This document shows, one piece after another, positions 26,901 through 39,105 of a stretch of DNA of 63,508 bases. The notes under the pieces are model-generated. The model did not search any database. It was not told the origin of the DNA and was given only the letters and a program-made list of their open reading frames with translations. The translations under genes and the position numbers were made by a program. How positions within the stretch are numbered: the first letter of the stretch is position 1; every line of letters begins with the position of its first letter. The DNA comes from Mesotaenium endlicherianum. Its lineage: Eukaryota. The stretch spans positions 38,754 to 102,261 of the forward strand of contig WELA01000963.1 in NCBI GenBank assembly GCA_009602735.1, in the 5' to 3' direction.

Positions 26901-27677
26901 CTCTGACGTTGTGTTGAGGGCGTGCATTTGTGTGTCGGCAGAGTGTGACGCCCAAGCTGGCACTTGGAGGGGAGGCCTTCTGGCTGGGCCACCAACGGCG
27001 ATCGGGCGTCGGCTTTGCCGCCCGCTACAACGACGAGAAGTCGGTATGCACCTGCACACGTGCAGGCACATGCGTGCGCGCCCATGCACACGCACACATA
27101 CGCAATTACCCACGTAGGCTCTGTCATATACCTCTAAGTGCAGCTGGGCCCTTTTTGTGAGGGCACCTCCATGTATAAGCCTGTAGGATACTTAGGTGGG
27201 CACTTTCTATCAGTTTGACAACCTGGCCCTTCCTGAAGCAGGTTCCTTAGGGGATGACTTCCAGTCAGAGTGCAGGCTGACTGCTTGAGGCCTCGGTTGT
27301 CATGGTCGGAGGAAGGGGGCCAGAGGCTGTTTGCGGTACCGCTCGCGAGAGTTGACTGCTAAGAAAATAAGCAGGAGTCGTACTTTTCGTCAAAATGGTG
27401 CAAGTCTAACCTCATCATTGGTTGCTCCTGTAGCAGCTGGTGGGGTTTAGAGGGCGTCCTACGATGCTGTGACTTGGCCCTCAGGCTCGCTGGGAAGCTT
27501 GCCGTGGAAGGCACAGATGAACCTGGCCATCATTGCAACGCCTCTGTAACATCTTGAAGCTGCCACTTAACTGAAATCTAGCAGTGTCCTTCCTGGCTGT
27601 GGGCCAGTGGCGAGCAAACCACACGCCCCTTGATGCCCTCCGGCCACTGTGCATGGTAGCTCGTGAGCTCATGCTTG

Positions 27678-27723
<46 letters not shown>

Positions 27724-30538
27724 CGTGTGCAGATAGCAACGGGACAAGTGGCAAGCACGGGATTGGTGGCTCTCACGTACGTCCAAAGAGTATCCGAAAA
27801 GGTGAGCAGATCTGGCTCTCAGTCACGTCCAGCCTCCAGGTCAGTGGACGTGCCTTACTGTGATGGTGATTGGAAATTGCAGGATAGAAAGCTGGAAGAT
27901 ACACAGGGCGCTCTATATCTCTGCATACTGTCCAGCATATACAAGCGGCTGTAGGCTGGGATCACACAGCACATGGGAAAGAGGTGTAAGGTGCATAAAA
28001 AGAGGGGGTGACATTCAACCTGTGGAAGCAAGGGGGGGGGGAGGGGGGGGGGAGAGAAGGGGAGAGGAGGTACGGGGTTCAAAGCTGCGGGAACTAGTTG
28101 GGTTGAGCTGTTGGCTCACGTGGCAAGGCTGGGGAGCGAGCAACCCGAGGCATCTGCCGCTGTGTGTGAGCCTCGCTGCTTTACCACCACAACCATGCCT
28201 CGAGGGTGTCGGAACATGTTTGCATTTCGGCGTCCGTCATTGCACGTCCTCTCATGCTGGAGTTGGCAATGCCAATTATGCCAAAGATTGCAAAAGCAGC
28301 GGTCGCGGCAGCAGCAGTGGGCTGGCAGTGTTGTTGCCGGTGTGGAGGAGGCAGTGGGCCCACAGCGAGGCCGTGGCTAGCAGGCACACCTGATGCCCAA
28401 GTGTGGGGCTGGGAGGGTCTTGTACTGCTTGGCAGGTGTCATTGGCAGCCGACTTCAACTACAACTGGAATAGCAACGAGGCCACAACGAGCGTAGGCTA
28501 CGACTACATCCTTCGCCAGGTACGCACCTCCCCCTTCCTTCTCCCCCTTCTTCCCCCCTCAGCTCCGGGGGCTCTGTGCAACACAAATGTTCTGGCAGGC
28601 CTTTTGCACGTGGCATTCATCCAATGCAACCCAGGGGAAGGGATGTCCTCTGCTCCGCTTGTAGAATCGTTTCAAGCGCCCAAACTCAACGCCAGTCCTC
28701 AGCCATATGTGCGGGTGGCAATTGCCGCCGATCAGACCCCCGAAAAGGACATTGCCATCATTGTGGTGCTTAGGTGCCCGGGAAAGAATTTAAGATGAAC
28801 GGCTCGTGAGGATCTGGGACTATCGACTGAATCATGAACCACCTGGAAGAGGTGCTCTAGTGATTTAGGGGTGCCGTGGAGCAGTTAGTTGGGTGGCAGA
28901 TGTTGTCTTCCTGGGCTGGGAAACATGTGAGGGGAGGTCAAAGAGCCGTGAGATTACAAGAAGCTTTCGGGTACTGATTGGGGCAACCGAGAGGGGATTA
29001 GATTGAGGTCTGCCTCTTCTTAACAAGGAGCCACTCATGACTGCACCTCTTGCCTGTGACAATTTTGCAACATTTGCGAGAGGCCCACGTGTCATGTTGC
29101 TCTCCTGTCATAGCAATCACTTGAAATGATTTAGTTTTGGTGTACTTTACATGTGGGCCATAGCACGACATCTGAGCCCTTCGCACGAACTCGCCCCCCA
29201 ACAGACGTGCACGAAAGCTGTGGAACGATCCGTCTTCATCTGCGCCGCGACACAGTCTCCAGAATACTGAGGAGGACGAGGCTGCAAGTGCTGCAGTAGA
29301 GCCGTTTGTTCTTTTGGTTGGGCTCTTCCTACAGGCAAGGCGCAACTGTTGTCATTGACCACTCCAGCCCCTGGTTCTGCCTGGAATACTCTTCGCTGAA
29401 CACGCCACGACCACTGAAGTGCTGCGTGGTCACTGAGGCCGACAGCTGTCAAGATCCATTTATCTGACCGGAGCGCGTTCCTACCTCTCTCTGTGTGTGC
29501 CACGTCGGCAGTGCCGGTTGAGGGGCAGGATTGACACCGGCGGAGTGGTGGCGGCATTCTTGGAAGAGCGCCTCAACGCCGGCGTCAACCTCATCTTCTC
29601 GGCCGAGGTACTCGCTGCTCGCTTGGGCTCTCCTTCTCCTCTCTCAGGCTGTCGACTCGTAACCTTGTAAATATCAGAAAGCAGCAGTGGTGCTGCAGTC
29701 TCCCGTCTACCCGGACAAAAAAGTTGGGGCCACAAAAGGCAGGCTGCTATGGCGAGTGAGATGACTAGCACGCAGCTGACCTGCACTGCACTTTACAGCA
29801 GTCAGCTGTGTTCCAGAGGGGACTGCGAGTGTCCAGCTTCCAGCTGCGGTGAAGCGGCAGGTGTCTAAGTAAAAGCGAGGGGTGGAGGGGGAAGAGAGGA
29901 AGGGGGGAGGGAGACAGCGGCACTGCAAGAGCAGCAGACTAGCTAGCCTGGCCGACAGTTATATCTGGAGTGAGGAGCTGGATTAATGTCGTTGAAAATG
30001 GTGCGGGCAACTGCCGGGTGTTCACGTGCAGCACGCATACCACCTATGTTTATACATGACATACTAAACTCCTCGTCTTATAGTGTGTGTGTGTGTGTGT
30101 CATGCGTGCATGTGCTGATACCATCAGTACAGCCTTTTTTCAGTGATATGAACAAGTTTGCCCCAAGAGGAACTCGTCTTCTCGCGAAATGATTGGTGGC
30201 CCTTCTTGCACAATATTTTGTGGGTGTTTTATATTTGGACAAAGAGGGGCCCCGAACAACCGTAGTCCTGGGTTGGGGTGTCATGACTCTTATACAAGCC
30301 TTACTTTACCATTTTTGGGTCTCCTTGTTGTAGATGTATGGACGAGTTGCCCCCCTGGTATATGTGTATTGACAGCGGTTCAGGTGTGCTTCGTTTATAA
30401 TGTTCTGTCTTATCTTTCATGGCCCCTAAGTTGCATTTTTTCTGCTACACTCTCATCTTCTTTGCACTTCTGTGTGTGCAGGTTGATCACTGGAAGAAAG
30501 ACTACAAGTTTGGTTTCGGCATGACCGTCGGCGAATGA
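23969..30538 (+). CDS. TOM40: Mitochondrial import receptor subunit TOM40 (beta-barrel channel)
   Basis: 11 exons: 23969-24179, 24614-24695, 24925-25024, 25379-25474, 25978-26028, 26454-26519, 26942-27043, 27733-27801, 28436-28519, 29512-29607, 30482-30538. Plant TOM40 motifs [69 protein letters not shown]. Confidence 0.97.
27680..27722. repeat. (CTG)n microsatellite just upstream of a TOM40 acceptor site
   Basis: About 14 ctg units. Confidence 0.9.
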
Positions 30539-33500
30539 TTGAACCTCGTGTGGTGTCTTTGCTGAGTACGGCCGGACACAGATCTTATATGGGGTGCTTC
30601 AGATCTTTGTGTTTGTAGCCTGTGGAGTCTCGGTCTTTCTTCTATCTTAAAAGCATCTAGGGATAGAGGGTCATCGCGTGCCGGGGTCAATATCTCATGA
30701 TAACAATTATGGTTTGCTGTGGAGGGCATGGCACATGTACTTCCGAGAAACACAAGCATGCAGTTTACGCATCTCATGTCTTGTCTGATCTTTAATTACA
30801 GGATCTTTGTTCCACCTTGTATTGTATTGCACGGACAACTCAGGAAATTGGTGTTGGAATGGAGCAGAAAATTGGTACCTTCTTTGTTGATCCGATGCAT
30901 CCTCAATTGGTGCCAGGCCCTGGGTTGCTCCTTGTCTGCTGACCAGCAAGTCAAGATTTTCAAATTAACCCCATTGTGAATAACTGCTTGTTTTCCTGAC
31001 ACAAGTGGGTTGTGGATCACTAGGAGTGGAAAAAAGGAAATCAGCTTTGGGTACGAGCACCAAGGTCGGGTGCCATGTTGGCCTCTACATGCTCCTTCCC
31101 AACACTGTTGACAATGGTGAAAAATCCACCGCTGAGTAGCTTTGAGAACTTTTGAGAGAGACGTCATGAGCTTTTATGGCATGTCTTCTTGCTTGTATGC
31201 ATGAAGCCCCCGGTCTCAAGACTGGTCCGAGTTATGTCCTTGAGCCTAAGCTGTTGCATCGATGCATCAAGGGGTTAAGGCGTGTCTGTACACCACCAGA
31301 AAATGTTTTGGGGGAATGTGAGAAAGAAAACTGTTCTCAACTGTCGCCTCCAACATTGCAAAGGGAATAGTTTCAAACTAGTGGGGCCCATAATTGCTAG
31401 TATCTTCCCAGACACAGCGAAGCTGGCGTCTCTCTGCTGTCACTGGCGTGGGGAAGGAAAGCTGTGTAGGATCCATTTTTAAAAGGTGTCTTTCCCTGAT
31501 CACAAAGATTGGCAGACAGCTCGACTGTGTGAGTGCAGCACCAAAATAAAGCCGTCACATCTGATATTACCCGTCCCTCTTCCTTACGGGGGCCTAGGAC
31601 TTCTGGATTTTTCCACATGTCCCTGGCCCTTTAGAAGTGACCACATATCTCTTGGCACAACAGCTGTACTGATTGTGAACAGGGTGACGACAGACTTGAA
31701 GCATTGCACACAGCCCATATTGCTACTGGTTAAAATGTGCGGGAGTCAAGGTGGAGAGCAGCCACTAGATGTTTCAAAGTAAGATAACTATTTCCACACG
31801 AGCATTCTACATTGCACAAGTGGAAGTGAATAGCACGCTCCTTTCCTGGCATGCAGGTTGTCGTGCAATATGAGATCTTTAAGTTGTACACGAGAAACGC
31901 AAACTACCAGAGTCGACCTTAGAATGTTCCAACAGCAGGTGCATAAATTATACGGCCCCAGCCCCCTCTCTCTATGGCTCAGCAGCACTGCACGTCACCA
32001 GGCGTGGTGTGTGCTGCTGCTGATACAGATTGCTGCACACGAACAAGAAGCAGACCTTGTCAGTGGCGTCAGCAACACTAGTAACGAGGCAGACACAGCT
32101 GTAGCTGAAGCGGTAGCACTAGCACCACTGCGAGAACAAACTATCTCCCCATCTCCCCTCCCGCTACCCAGCATCTCCCTCTTCCCGCCCTCACTCCTGC
32201 TCGCCGGCCCCCCCATTGTCCCATCTCTCCCTTCCACCTCCCTCTTGCTCACCTTCTCCCTCTTGCCCACTCCCTCTCTTGCTCCCTCTCCCTCTCACCC
32301 ACTATCTTCCCTTTCCTCTACCTCTCCCTCTCGCTCACCCTCCACCCTCTCTCTCCCCCTTGCTCCCTCCCTTGATATCTCCCTGGCTCGCCCCTACACA
32401 CTCACACACATCGTAGCAGCACATCTCATGCCATGCTCGAAGTATGTAGCAAACCCACTCCAGAATACGCAAGTCATCACTTAATCTGATACCTAGGCTG
32501 GGCCAAATGTAAGAGATGGATTGACCTACAAGATCGCAAACTTGAGAGCCATACCATGCAGACAGACAAAGGCGACACATCAAAGGCGGGACAAGCTTAA
32601 ATACGCCGCGCATGCCGAGCAGTACACCTCTCTTCACACATGACAGATGCAGCGGGGTGCTCCACACTGTCCAGCTCGAAGAAACATGCAAAAAGTGGGG
32701 GGGAGAGAATTGCTCACCCAGCGTTGGAAGAAGGACAAGCAGGCTGGCGTCCTGCGCATAGATGCTGAGCCCGCATTCACTTCTCTGTCACGATGGCTCC
32801 CACATCCCTGCATGATACACACACCAGGCATTTACAAGGACCATCAGCATGCTTCTGCATAGTGCCGTGCTTTGTTTCTCTACGTGAGAGGGTCATGACT
32901 TGTTGCACACATATGTTTTTAACATTCACCAATGGCATGTCTATTACTTGGCGACAAGTTGTAGAAAGGTGAACGGAGAGGACCATAAGGCAAAGGGCAG
33001 AGAGCAGTGGAGATAGGCTGTCAAAGAGGGAAACATGCAGCAGCACGAGCAAGCTAGAAAGACGAGACATGGATTGTCCTTTGGCCCACTCACTTGACCC
33101 TAGCTGGCAAATTATACTGGAAAGGCAAAGGAAAAGGATCCTATGAGAGGATGGCCACATCACATGTGTCATCTGAACCCACGTCAAATTACCACAACAG
33201 ACGCTAAGAAGCTCCTCACTCGCCACTAAAAGCACAGCAGCAGCAGCTACCTCACAGCAGCGAGGAGTAATTACTACTGACCAGTGACCAGCCTCCCTTC
33301 AAGTGTCAGGGTGGGTAGGAGGAGAGTGTTCGCGAAACACGTGGGATGCCTGAGAAGGAGCACCCACTATCACTTCCAGTAACTAGCAGTCATGTGTTTA
33401 GGGTTCTATGCTGAGGGACGTAATAGAATCTCAAGGGTTCTGAACAATACTTTCTGTGCGCGACTGTGTTGTGGGGCCTGAGAGGAAGTATTTCTGTAGC

Positions 33501-33558
33501 ATGCTAACGAATTCGGTTAAGTGAGGTATGACCAGCAACCTTTTTGATATGGGCAACT

Positions 33559-34788
33559 TCACCTGTCAGCGGGGTCGTGTGTCATGCCATAGAATTGTGC
33601 CTCGCACGCCATGAACATAGTGTTCAAGCTGTACTTGTCTTTGTCCCCTCGTGCCCTCACAGCATTGAAACGAGGTCTCATTCTTCTTTCCAGGGAGGCA
33701 AAAAGCACGTGGGGAGCATCCACCACATCCCTGATATCCCTACCCATTTCTTTTTCCACAAAGTCGAGCTTCTCCCTGACATTCGCCCAACTGAGCTGCA
33801 AGATTCCTGGCTGCTTTTGAAACATAAAAAGTACATTCTGCTCTCCAAAAAGCTGGACAAGGCCCTGGTAGGTTTCCTGCAGAGTCTTCTTTTTCATTCC
33901 TATCAGACGAGGGTACCGAGATACTGCTAGACCTACATTGTCCGCTCCTAACACATCTTTCAGGCCATTGAGTTTTACCGGAAGAGTGTCCAGGCTATAT
34001 GTCAAAAACCTCGGTTGCCTCTCGATAACCGTACCAAAATTTTCTACTCCCACCTCTGCGAGGTGTTCCAGCTTTGCTTGTATCATTGACAACCCCATTC
34101 CTAGAATTTCTGGGCACTTCTCAAGTACCTTGCCTAAATTCCTCACTTGAAGCGTCTCCGAGAGATAATGGCAAACTTCTGTAATTTGCTGTTCATCAAC
34201 AGTGAAGATTCGAGGGCTTGTACATGCTGCCCCAATAATGTTTTCAATGCTGAGACCATGCCTCTGGAACTGTTTCAACTTAGGAATAAGTTCAACAGTG
34301 CAAATTGAACTGTAACCATTAAAAACAGTGGCCACTTCCTTGTGACCAAATCCAAGGGCCAGTAACAGCCTGATGTTCACTCTACCTTCATTACCAGGAT
34401 AGAATTTAGAAGTTCGTCCACTCAACATACTTTCGACTGCCTCAATGTCCTCGGCTTCAACAGGCCTCAGTGTGTACACAAACTCATCGTTGGAATAATT
34501 CATTACAGTTTCATCAGAATGTAAATGTTCTGAAACGCAGCCTCTATAGTCATTTCCCTTGTCGTCTGCAAGCACTCTGACAGCCCTCACAAATGCGACT
34601 CTAAGAGTGCCAGCAGAAGGCAGTGTAGTACGTAAGCTACAGGCGCGACGTTGCGACCAGCCGGGATTGACTTCACTTCCCCTTTGTGGGCCATTACAGC
34701 TGGGCAGAGTCACGTAAGAGCTACGAAAAGGACCATCACAACTCTGGACTGAGAACAAGGGCTGATGAAAGACGGATACACTGGCCAT
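33559..34788 (-). CDS. mTERF: mTERF family protein, probably organelle-targeted, single large coding exon
   Basis: ATG at 34788 in the 33559..34839 ORF. Repeated ~30-35 aa mTERF units (VLEKCPEILGM, VIERQPRFLTYSL, VSRYPRLIG, FQKQPGILQLS) and the typical closing motif PHVLFASLERRMRPRF; Ser/Arg-rich N-terminus. Confidence 0.9.
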   Translation of the reverse strand: MASVSVFHQPLFSVQSCDGPFRSSYVTLPSCNGPQRGSEVNPGWSQRRACSLRTTLPSAGTLRVAFVRAVRVLADDKGNDYRGCVSEHLHSDETVMNYSNDEFVYTLRPVEAEDIEAVESMLSGRTSKFYPGNEGRVNIRLLLALGFGHKEVATVFNGYSSICTVELIPKLKQFQRHGLSIENIIGAACTSPRIFTVDEQQITEVCHYLSETLQVRNLGKVLEKCPEILGMGLSMIQAKLEHLAEVGVENFGTVIERQPRFLTYSLDTLPVKLNGLKDVLGADNVGLAVSRYPRLIGMKKKTLQETYQGLVQLFGEQNVLFMFQKQPGILQLSWANVREKLDFVEKEMGRDIRDVVDAPHVLFASLERRMRPRFNAVRARGDKDKYSLNTMFMACEAQFYGMTHDPADR

Positions 34789-35388
34789 TTCAGTAATCGA
34801 CGCCAAGCACTGAAGGGCTCTCAGAAGTGTGTCGAACAATATACGAGAAAAAACCTAATCCCTTTCACCAACTGTTGGGGTGAACGGAAAAGCCATAAGC
34901 ACCCCGCTAGAAGTTGCTCAGACCAACTTTGATGACAAATTGTGACCTCCTGTAGACTTCCTTAAGAGCATACGACCTTCGTGGCTTGATACTGCGAGCA
35001 ACTACTGCACGAGAGCATGGTGCACAGAGCAGCGGCTGATTGCAGAGCTGCTGAATGTTTTGGCCGGAAGCAGAGACGACCAAAAAACGCGAACTTCCGA
35101 TCTTTAGCATACGCTAGGTGGCAAAGCTGGGCAACAACCAGCAACAACCAGGCAACAACTTGCAAATCGGGCACAGTTGACCAGCGTCAGTACTGGGTAC
35201 ACCCTGAGAATGGGCAAGGGGGAAAACGGCCGTTTCGAGGCCGTTAAGTAAGGCCGGTATGTCGTTTCATACTTTTTTTAGAAGTCGGAAAACATCCGAA
35301 AAAATCTGCACTTTGTCTGGCAGCATCCCGTAGCCAAAAGTAGGAAAACCTACTTTCTCTCGAAAATGTATTACCAACCTTGAATTAA

Positions 35389-35472
35389 GTGGATTTTCCC
35401 ACCTTTCAACAAGGTGGGTTTTCCAACCTTTCAACCAGGTGGGTTTTCCAACCTTTCAACCAGGTGGGTTTT
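35389..35472. repeat. 25-bp tandem repeat (~3.3 copies)
   Basis: ggtgggttttccaacctttcaacca units, directly adjacent with no spacers. Confidence 0.9.
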
Positions 35473-35696
35473 GACCTCATGCCATTCACGTGCATGCCAA
35501 TTTGGAGCTTCCAATCTAAAATCATATTTATTGATAAAATTGGTACAGGCATTAAAACCCTAGATAAAATATGAGATCCCAATGTTAATAAACTTTGTAC
35601 CTCAATAGCCACCTAATAAAAATGTAAGAGCTAAGCTCTACCTCACAAGCATGACGATAACCAAGTCTGTCCTACATCTCAGCGTCTAGGAGCTCA

Positions 35697-36229
35697 TTAT
35701 CCAGCTACAGAGGATGCAACCACCTCGTGGAAGTGCCTCTACAACCTCTCATTCGCCTCATTCTCCTTGCAAAAACAAACACATAATGTAACTCGTCCGT
35801 TAAATAAAACAAAGACTTACAGTTGAAAGCACCACCCAAAGAGGGATAGACACGACGTGGTGGAGAGAGACAGAGGGACATGGAAAGGAAAAGGAGAGGA
35901 GAGAGAAAGAGCGCATGGGCACACACGGACAGCCAGCCAGCTACAGGTCCCCACACACTGCCACGAGGTGACCACCTCGCCGCACATGACCTCTGCCCCA
36001 GGCCTTGCCATCCCATCCACGCACGCACATCTTGTGAGCATGCAACCACACGCGTGCGCATGCACAGGGAGAAAGGAGGTACAAGAGAGAGCCGCTTGCC
36101 CAACACCCCATACACCTGCCCCAGCGTGTCCGCCGTCGTGGTCACCTGTGCCTTCAGCACGCCGCGCACACGTGAATAGACGGTAATAGAAAGAGCAGAG
36201 CGCTTGCACACAAGTGCATGCAAACTCTC

Positions 36230-36313
<84 letters not shown>

Positions 36314-36895
36314 NNNNNNNNNNNNNNNNNNNNNNNNNNNNNNNNNNNNNNNNNNNNNNNNNNNNNNNNNNNNNNNNNNNNNNNNNNNNNNNNNNNNNNN
36401 NNNNNNNNNNNNNNNNNNNNNNNNNNNNNNNNNNNNNNNNNNNNNNNNNNNNNNNNNNNNNNNNNNNNNNNNNNNNNNNNNNNNNNNNNNNNNNNNNNNN
36501 NNNNNNNNNNNNNNNNNNNNNNNNNNNNNNNNNNNNNNNNNNNNNNNNNNNNNNNNNNNNNNNNNNNNNNNNNNNNNNNNNNNNNNNNNNNNNNNNNNNN
36601 NNNNNNNNNNNNNNNNNNNNNNNNNNNNNNNNNNNNNNNNNNNNNNNNNNNNNNNNNNNNNNNNNNNNNNNNNNNNNNNNNNNNNNNNNNNNNNNNNNNN
36701 NNNNNNNNNNNNNNNNNNNNNNNNNNNNNNNNNNNNNNNNNNNNNNNNNNNNNNNNNNNNNNNNNNNNNNNNNNNNNNNNNNACCCCCACCCCCGTTGGC
36801 TAAGGCGCGCGCCCGCCAGCTGCTGGAGGAGGACTGCGGTGGCGCGTGCCACGTCTTGCAGGGGCGCCTCCGCCGCGCTCAGGGAGAGCATGCAC
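35697..36895 (-). pseudogene. Orphan 3' exons of an unidentified gene, cut off upstream by the retrotransposon nest
   Basis: GC3-rich exon-like block after a cag acceptor (CMLSLSAAEAPLQDVARATAVLLQQLAGARLSQ, ~36895-36790), a small exon VTTTADTLGQ with GT donor (~36145-36116) and a terminal block ENEANERL*RHFHEVVASSVAG*. No 5' part is visible and an N gap lies inside. Confidence 0.35.
36234..36313. repeat. (GA)n microsatellite abutting assembly gap 36314-36782; a second (GA)n lies at ~37105-37148
   Basis: Read directly. Confidence 0.95.
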
Positions 36896-37097
36896 CTGCA
36901 GCAGCCAGTGCACGTGCTCGTGCACCTGGCTATACAGCTGGCCCACCTGATGGGGCAGCAAATGCGACCAAGACGGCAGCAGCCCCTCGGCCTCTCGAGC
37001 CTGCGCACACAACCCCACCTTAATCCCCACACCCCCACCCCCTTCTTATGAGGTCACTTATTCGGCAGGGCTACTGGTTGTAGCAACCTGTTGATTG

Positions 37098-37151
<54 letters not shown>

Positions 37152-37623
37152 GGGGGGGCACAATGTTAGAAGGCATATTTTCCCCTAATAATGCAATGTA
37201 ACAATTTGAGCTTTTTAGGCGTATTTGGGACGTTTTCCCAATTACCTAAAACACGTTATACTATTTATCATACGTTATTTGAGAAATGATTGCATCACAT
37301 TGAATTATTTGCCACACACGTGTGCCGATTAATTCCCGGTCGATTGGCGAAACGACCGAGATACTATTGCAAAAAGCGTCGTCACGTAATTTGACTACTT
37401 TGCAAAAGTACGACATAATTATTCATAAAGTTACTTTGAATAATTATGAGATGATAATTTAATTAATCATTGTTTGATTAAGTTATTTTGATTGTCATTA
37501 TTACGAATAATGGACAATCACAGATTTCGGATTACGACTAGTCGTAATACGAAGAAACTGTCGTATCATTAATACGAACAAACAGTCGTAAAGTCAAACG
37601 AAACGAAATATGCAAAGTCGCTT

Positions 37624-37694
37624 TGCATCCGAGCGGATTCGAACCCGCGACTTTCGTTTGAAACGTTCACACCTAACCGATTGGCCAAAGTAGC
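37624..37694 (-). ncRNA. tRNA-derived, Pol III promoter-like segment inside the 5' LTR of element A (second copy 43847-43917)
   Basis: Minus strand GCTACTT-TGGCCAATCGG(A box)-TTAGG...AAGTC-GCG-GGTTCGAATCC(B box)-GCTCGGATGCA. A-to-B spacing is tRNA-like (42 nt) and the T arm pairs; acceptor and anticodon arms are degenerate. Confidence 0.6.
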
Positions 37695-39105
37695 TTTTTA
37701 AACTACCGGATCATGACGAAAGCATCTGTACGCGACTTCGCGATCAATCGCGACTTTTTCGGAAAGTCGCGAGAAAGCGAAAACACCCGTTCGGCGCGAA
37801 ACGGTTTTTCGGAAATCGTCGAAAAGTCTCCAAACGGCCAACTGCGCGTTTCGAGCATTCGGCCGAATGGGACACGTCCCTTCGACCGTTTTTCGTTGAA
37901 CATGAACCAGTGCCCTAGGAGGTGACTCGAAGCACTCCAGTGCCTCATATTGTGCAGGTATAAATACCTGCAGAGTCATTGTGAGTGCAACTCTCACAAG
38001 CACACATTCTACGTTAGTTTTCACTTTCGCTCTGTTGGGTATTTGTCAATTTCCACAAGTATACAGATTTTCCTCCCACTTGAATTAAATATTCCTTGAA
38101 TACCAAGGAAAGATCCTCTCAAAAAGCAGAAACGTCACATTGGTATCGGAGCCGATCTTGGTTTCTTCAAGGAATTTTTATTTTTTTTAGTGGCTGGAAT
38201 ATATTTTCGGGAAAATATATTTGGGGCAATTTTTCGTATTGGGAAGGTCATCCATCCCAGTACTGCCCTGACCCCCCGGTCGCTTATCGTGTTTCAACGG
38301 GAAATTTTTTTTCCTCTCTCTTCCGGCGCTATCTCGGCTTCCATATGGAGGGCGAGAATGGTGCCGCTGCGACTGCTGCCGCTGCTGCCGCCGCCGCTGC
38401 ATCTGCTCTTCCCGCTCCTGTCGCCCCTAGCAGCGATGCTGGAGGATTGCCCGCCGAGCCAATCTCGTCGCGCACTTTCCAGCAAACCATTTTACAACGC
38501 CTCACGGCCTTGACGACTGACAGTCAAACCATGACAATGGCACTTAGTACTTTGTCCGACGTCATTGGTCGTACAGAAGACCGTGTTAACCTCGCTGAAG
38601 CCACTCATACTGAGTTGGCCGACCTTGTCACTCGCTTTGTTGCTGCCATGGACACTCACCCTTCGATTGGTCCTTTTTTACATGCTGCCCAAGGGATGCC
38701 GGGCCCATCAGGGACCGCAGGCGACTGCTAGTTTGCGCGCAAGCCCCAAGAATCCTTGTTCACTCAGGCATACCCGATATAAATATACTTCGAAACGAAT
38801 ATATTTGTATGCCAGTGTTGAGCTTTGCTGAGTTCTTGGAACTCAAGTGCATCCATGATACCATGTTCTTGCACTTTCAGCCGCATGATCCTAACCTTGC
38901 CAAGTGTTACGAACACTTATCTCGCTTACGGAAAATGCACAAGTGTCTTGCACCAATATATATTGCTGCATTCACACATATTCGCGCGTACTTTGACCCG
39001 ATTACTCGGTTTCGGGCAAGGACAGCAATGCAAAATGGGATTTGGTAAAGGACCTCCATATTTCCCACATTCCTCTCAAGACGAGGACGTTGCTGCTGAT
39101 GCATA

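Noticed and set aside
35389..35472. CRISPR-like appearance of 25-bp repeats
   Set aside because: The units are contiguous with no unique spacers, there are no cas genes, and the context is eukaryotic.
37624..37694. Functional tRNA gene
   Set aside because: Acceptor and anticodon stems do not pair and the sequence lies in an LTR; kept only as a tRNA-derived promoter-like segment.
37855..37880. GAATGGGAC resembling the 3' end of the HDV ribozyme
   Set aside because: Explained by local palindromes (cattcg-gc-cgaatg, gggac-ac-gtccc); no P1/P3/L3 architecture upstream.
37698..38024. ORFs in LTRs (also 43792-44246, 47382-47736, 54323-54677)
   Set aside because: They recur only because the LTRs are duplicated; no recognisable protein, and frames differ between the A copies.
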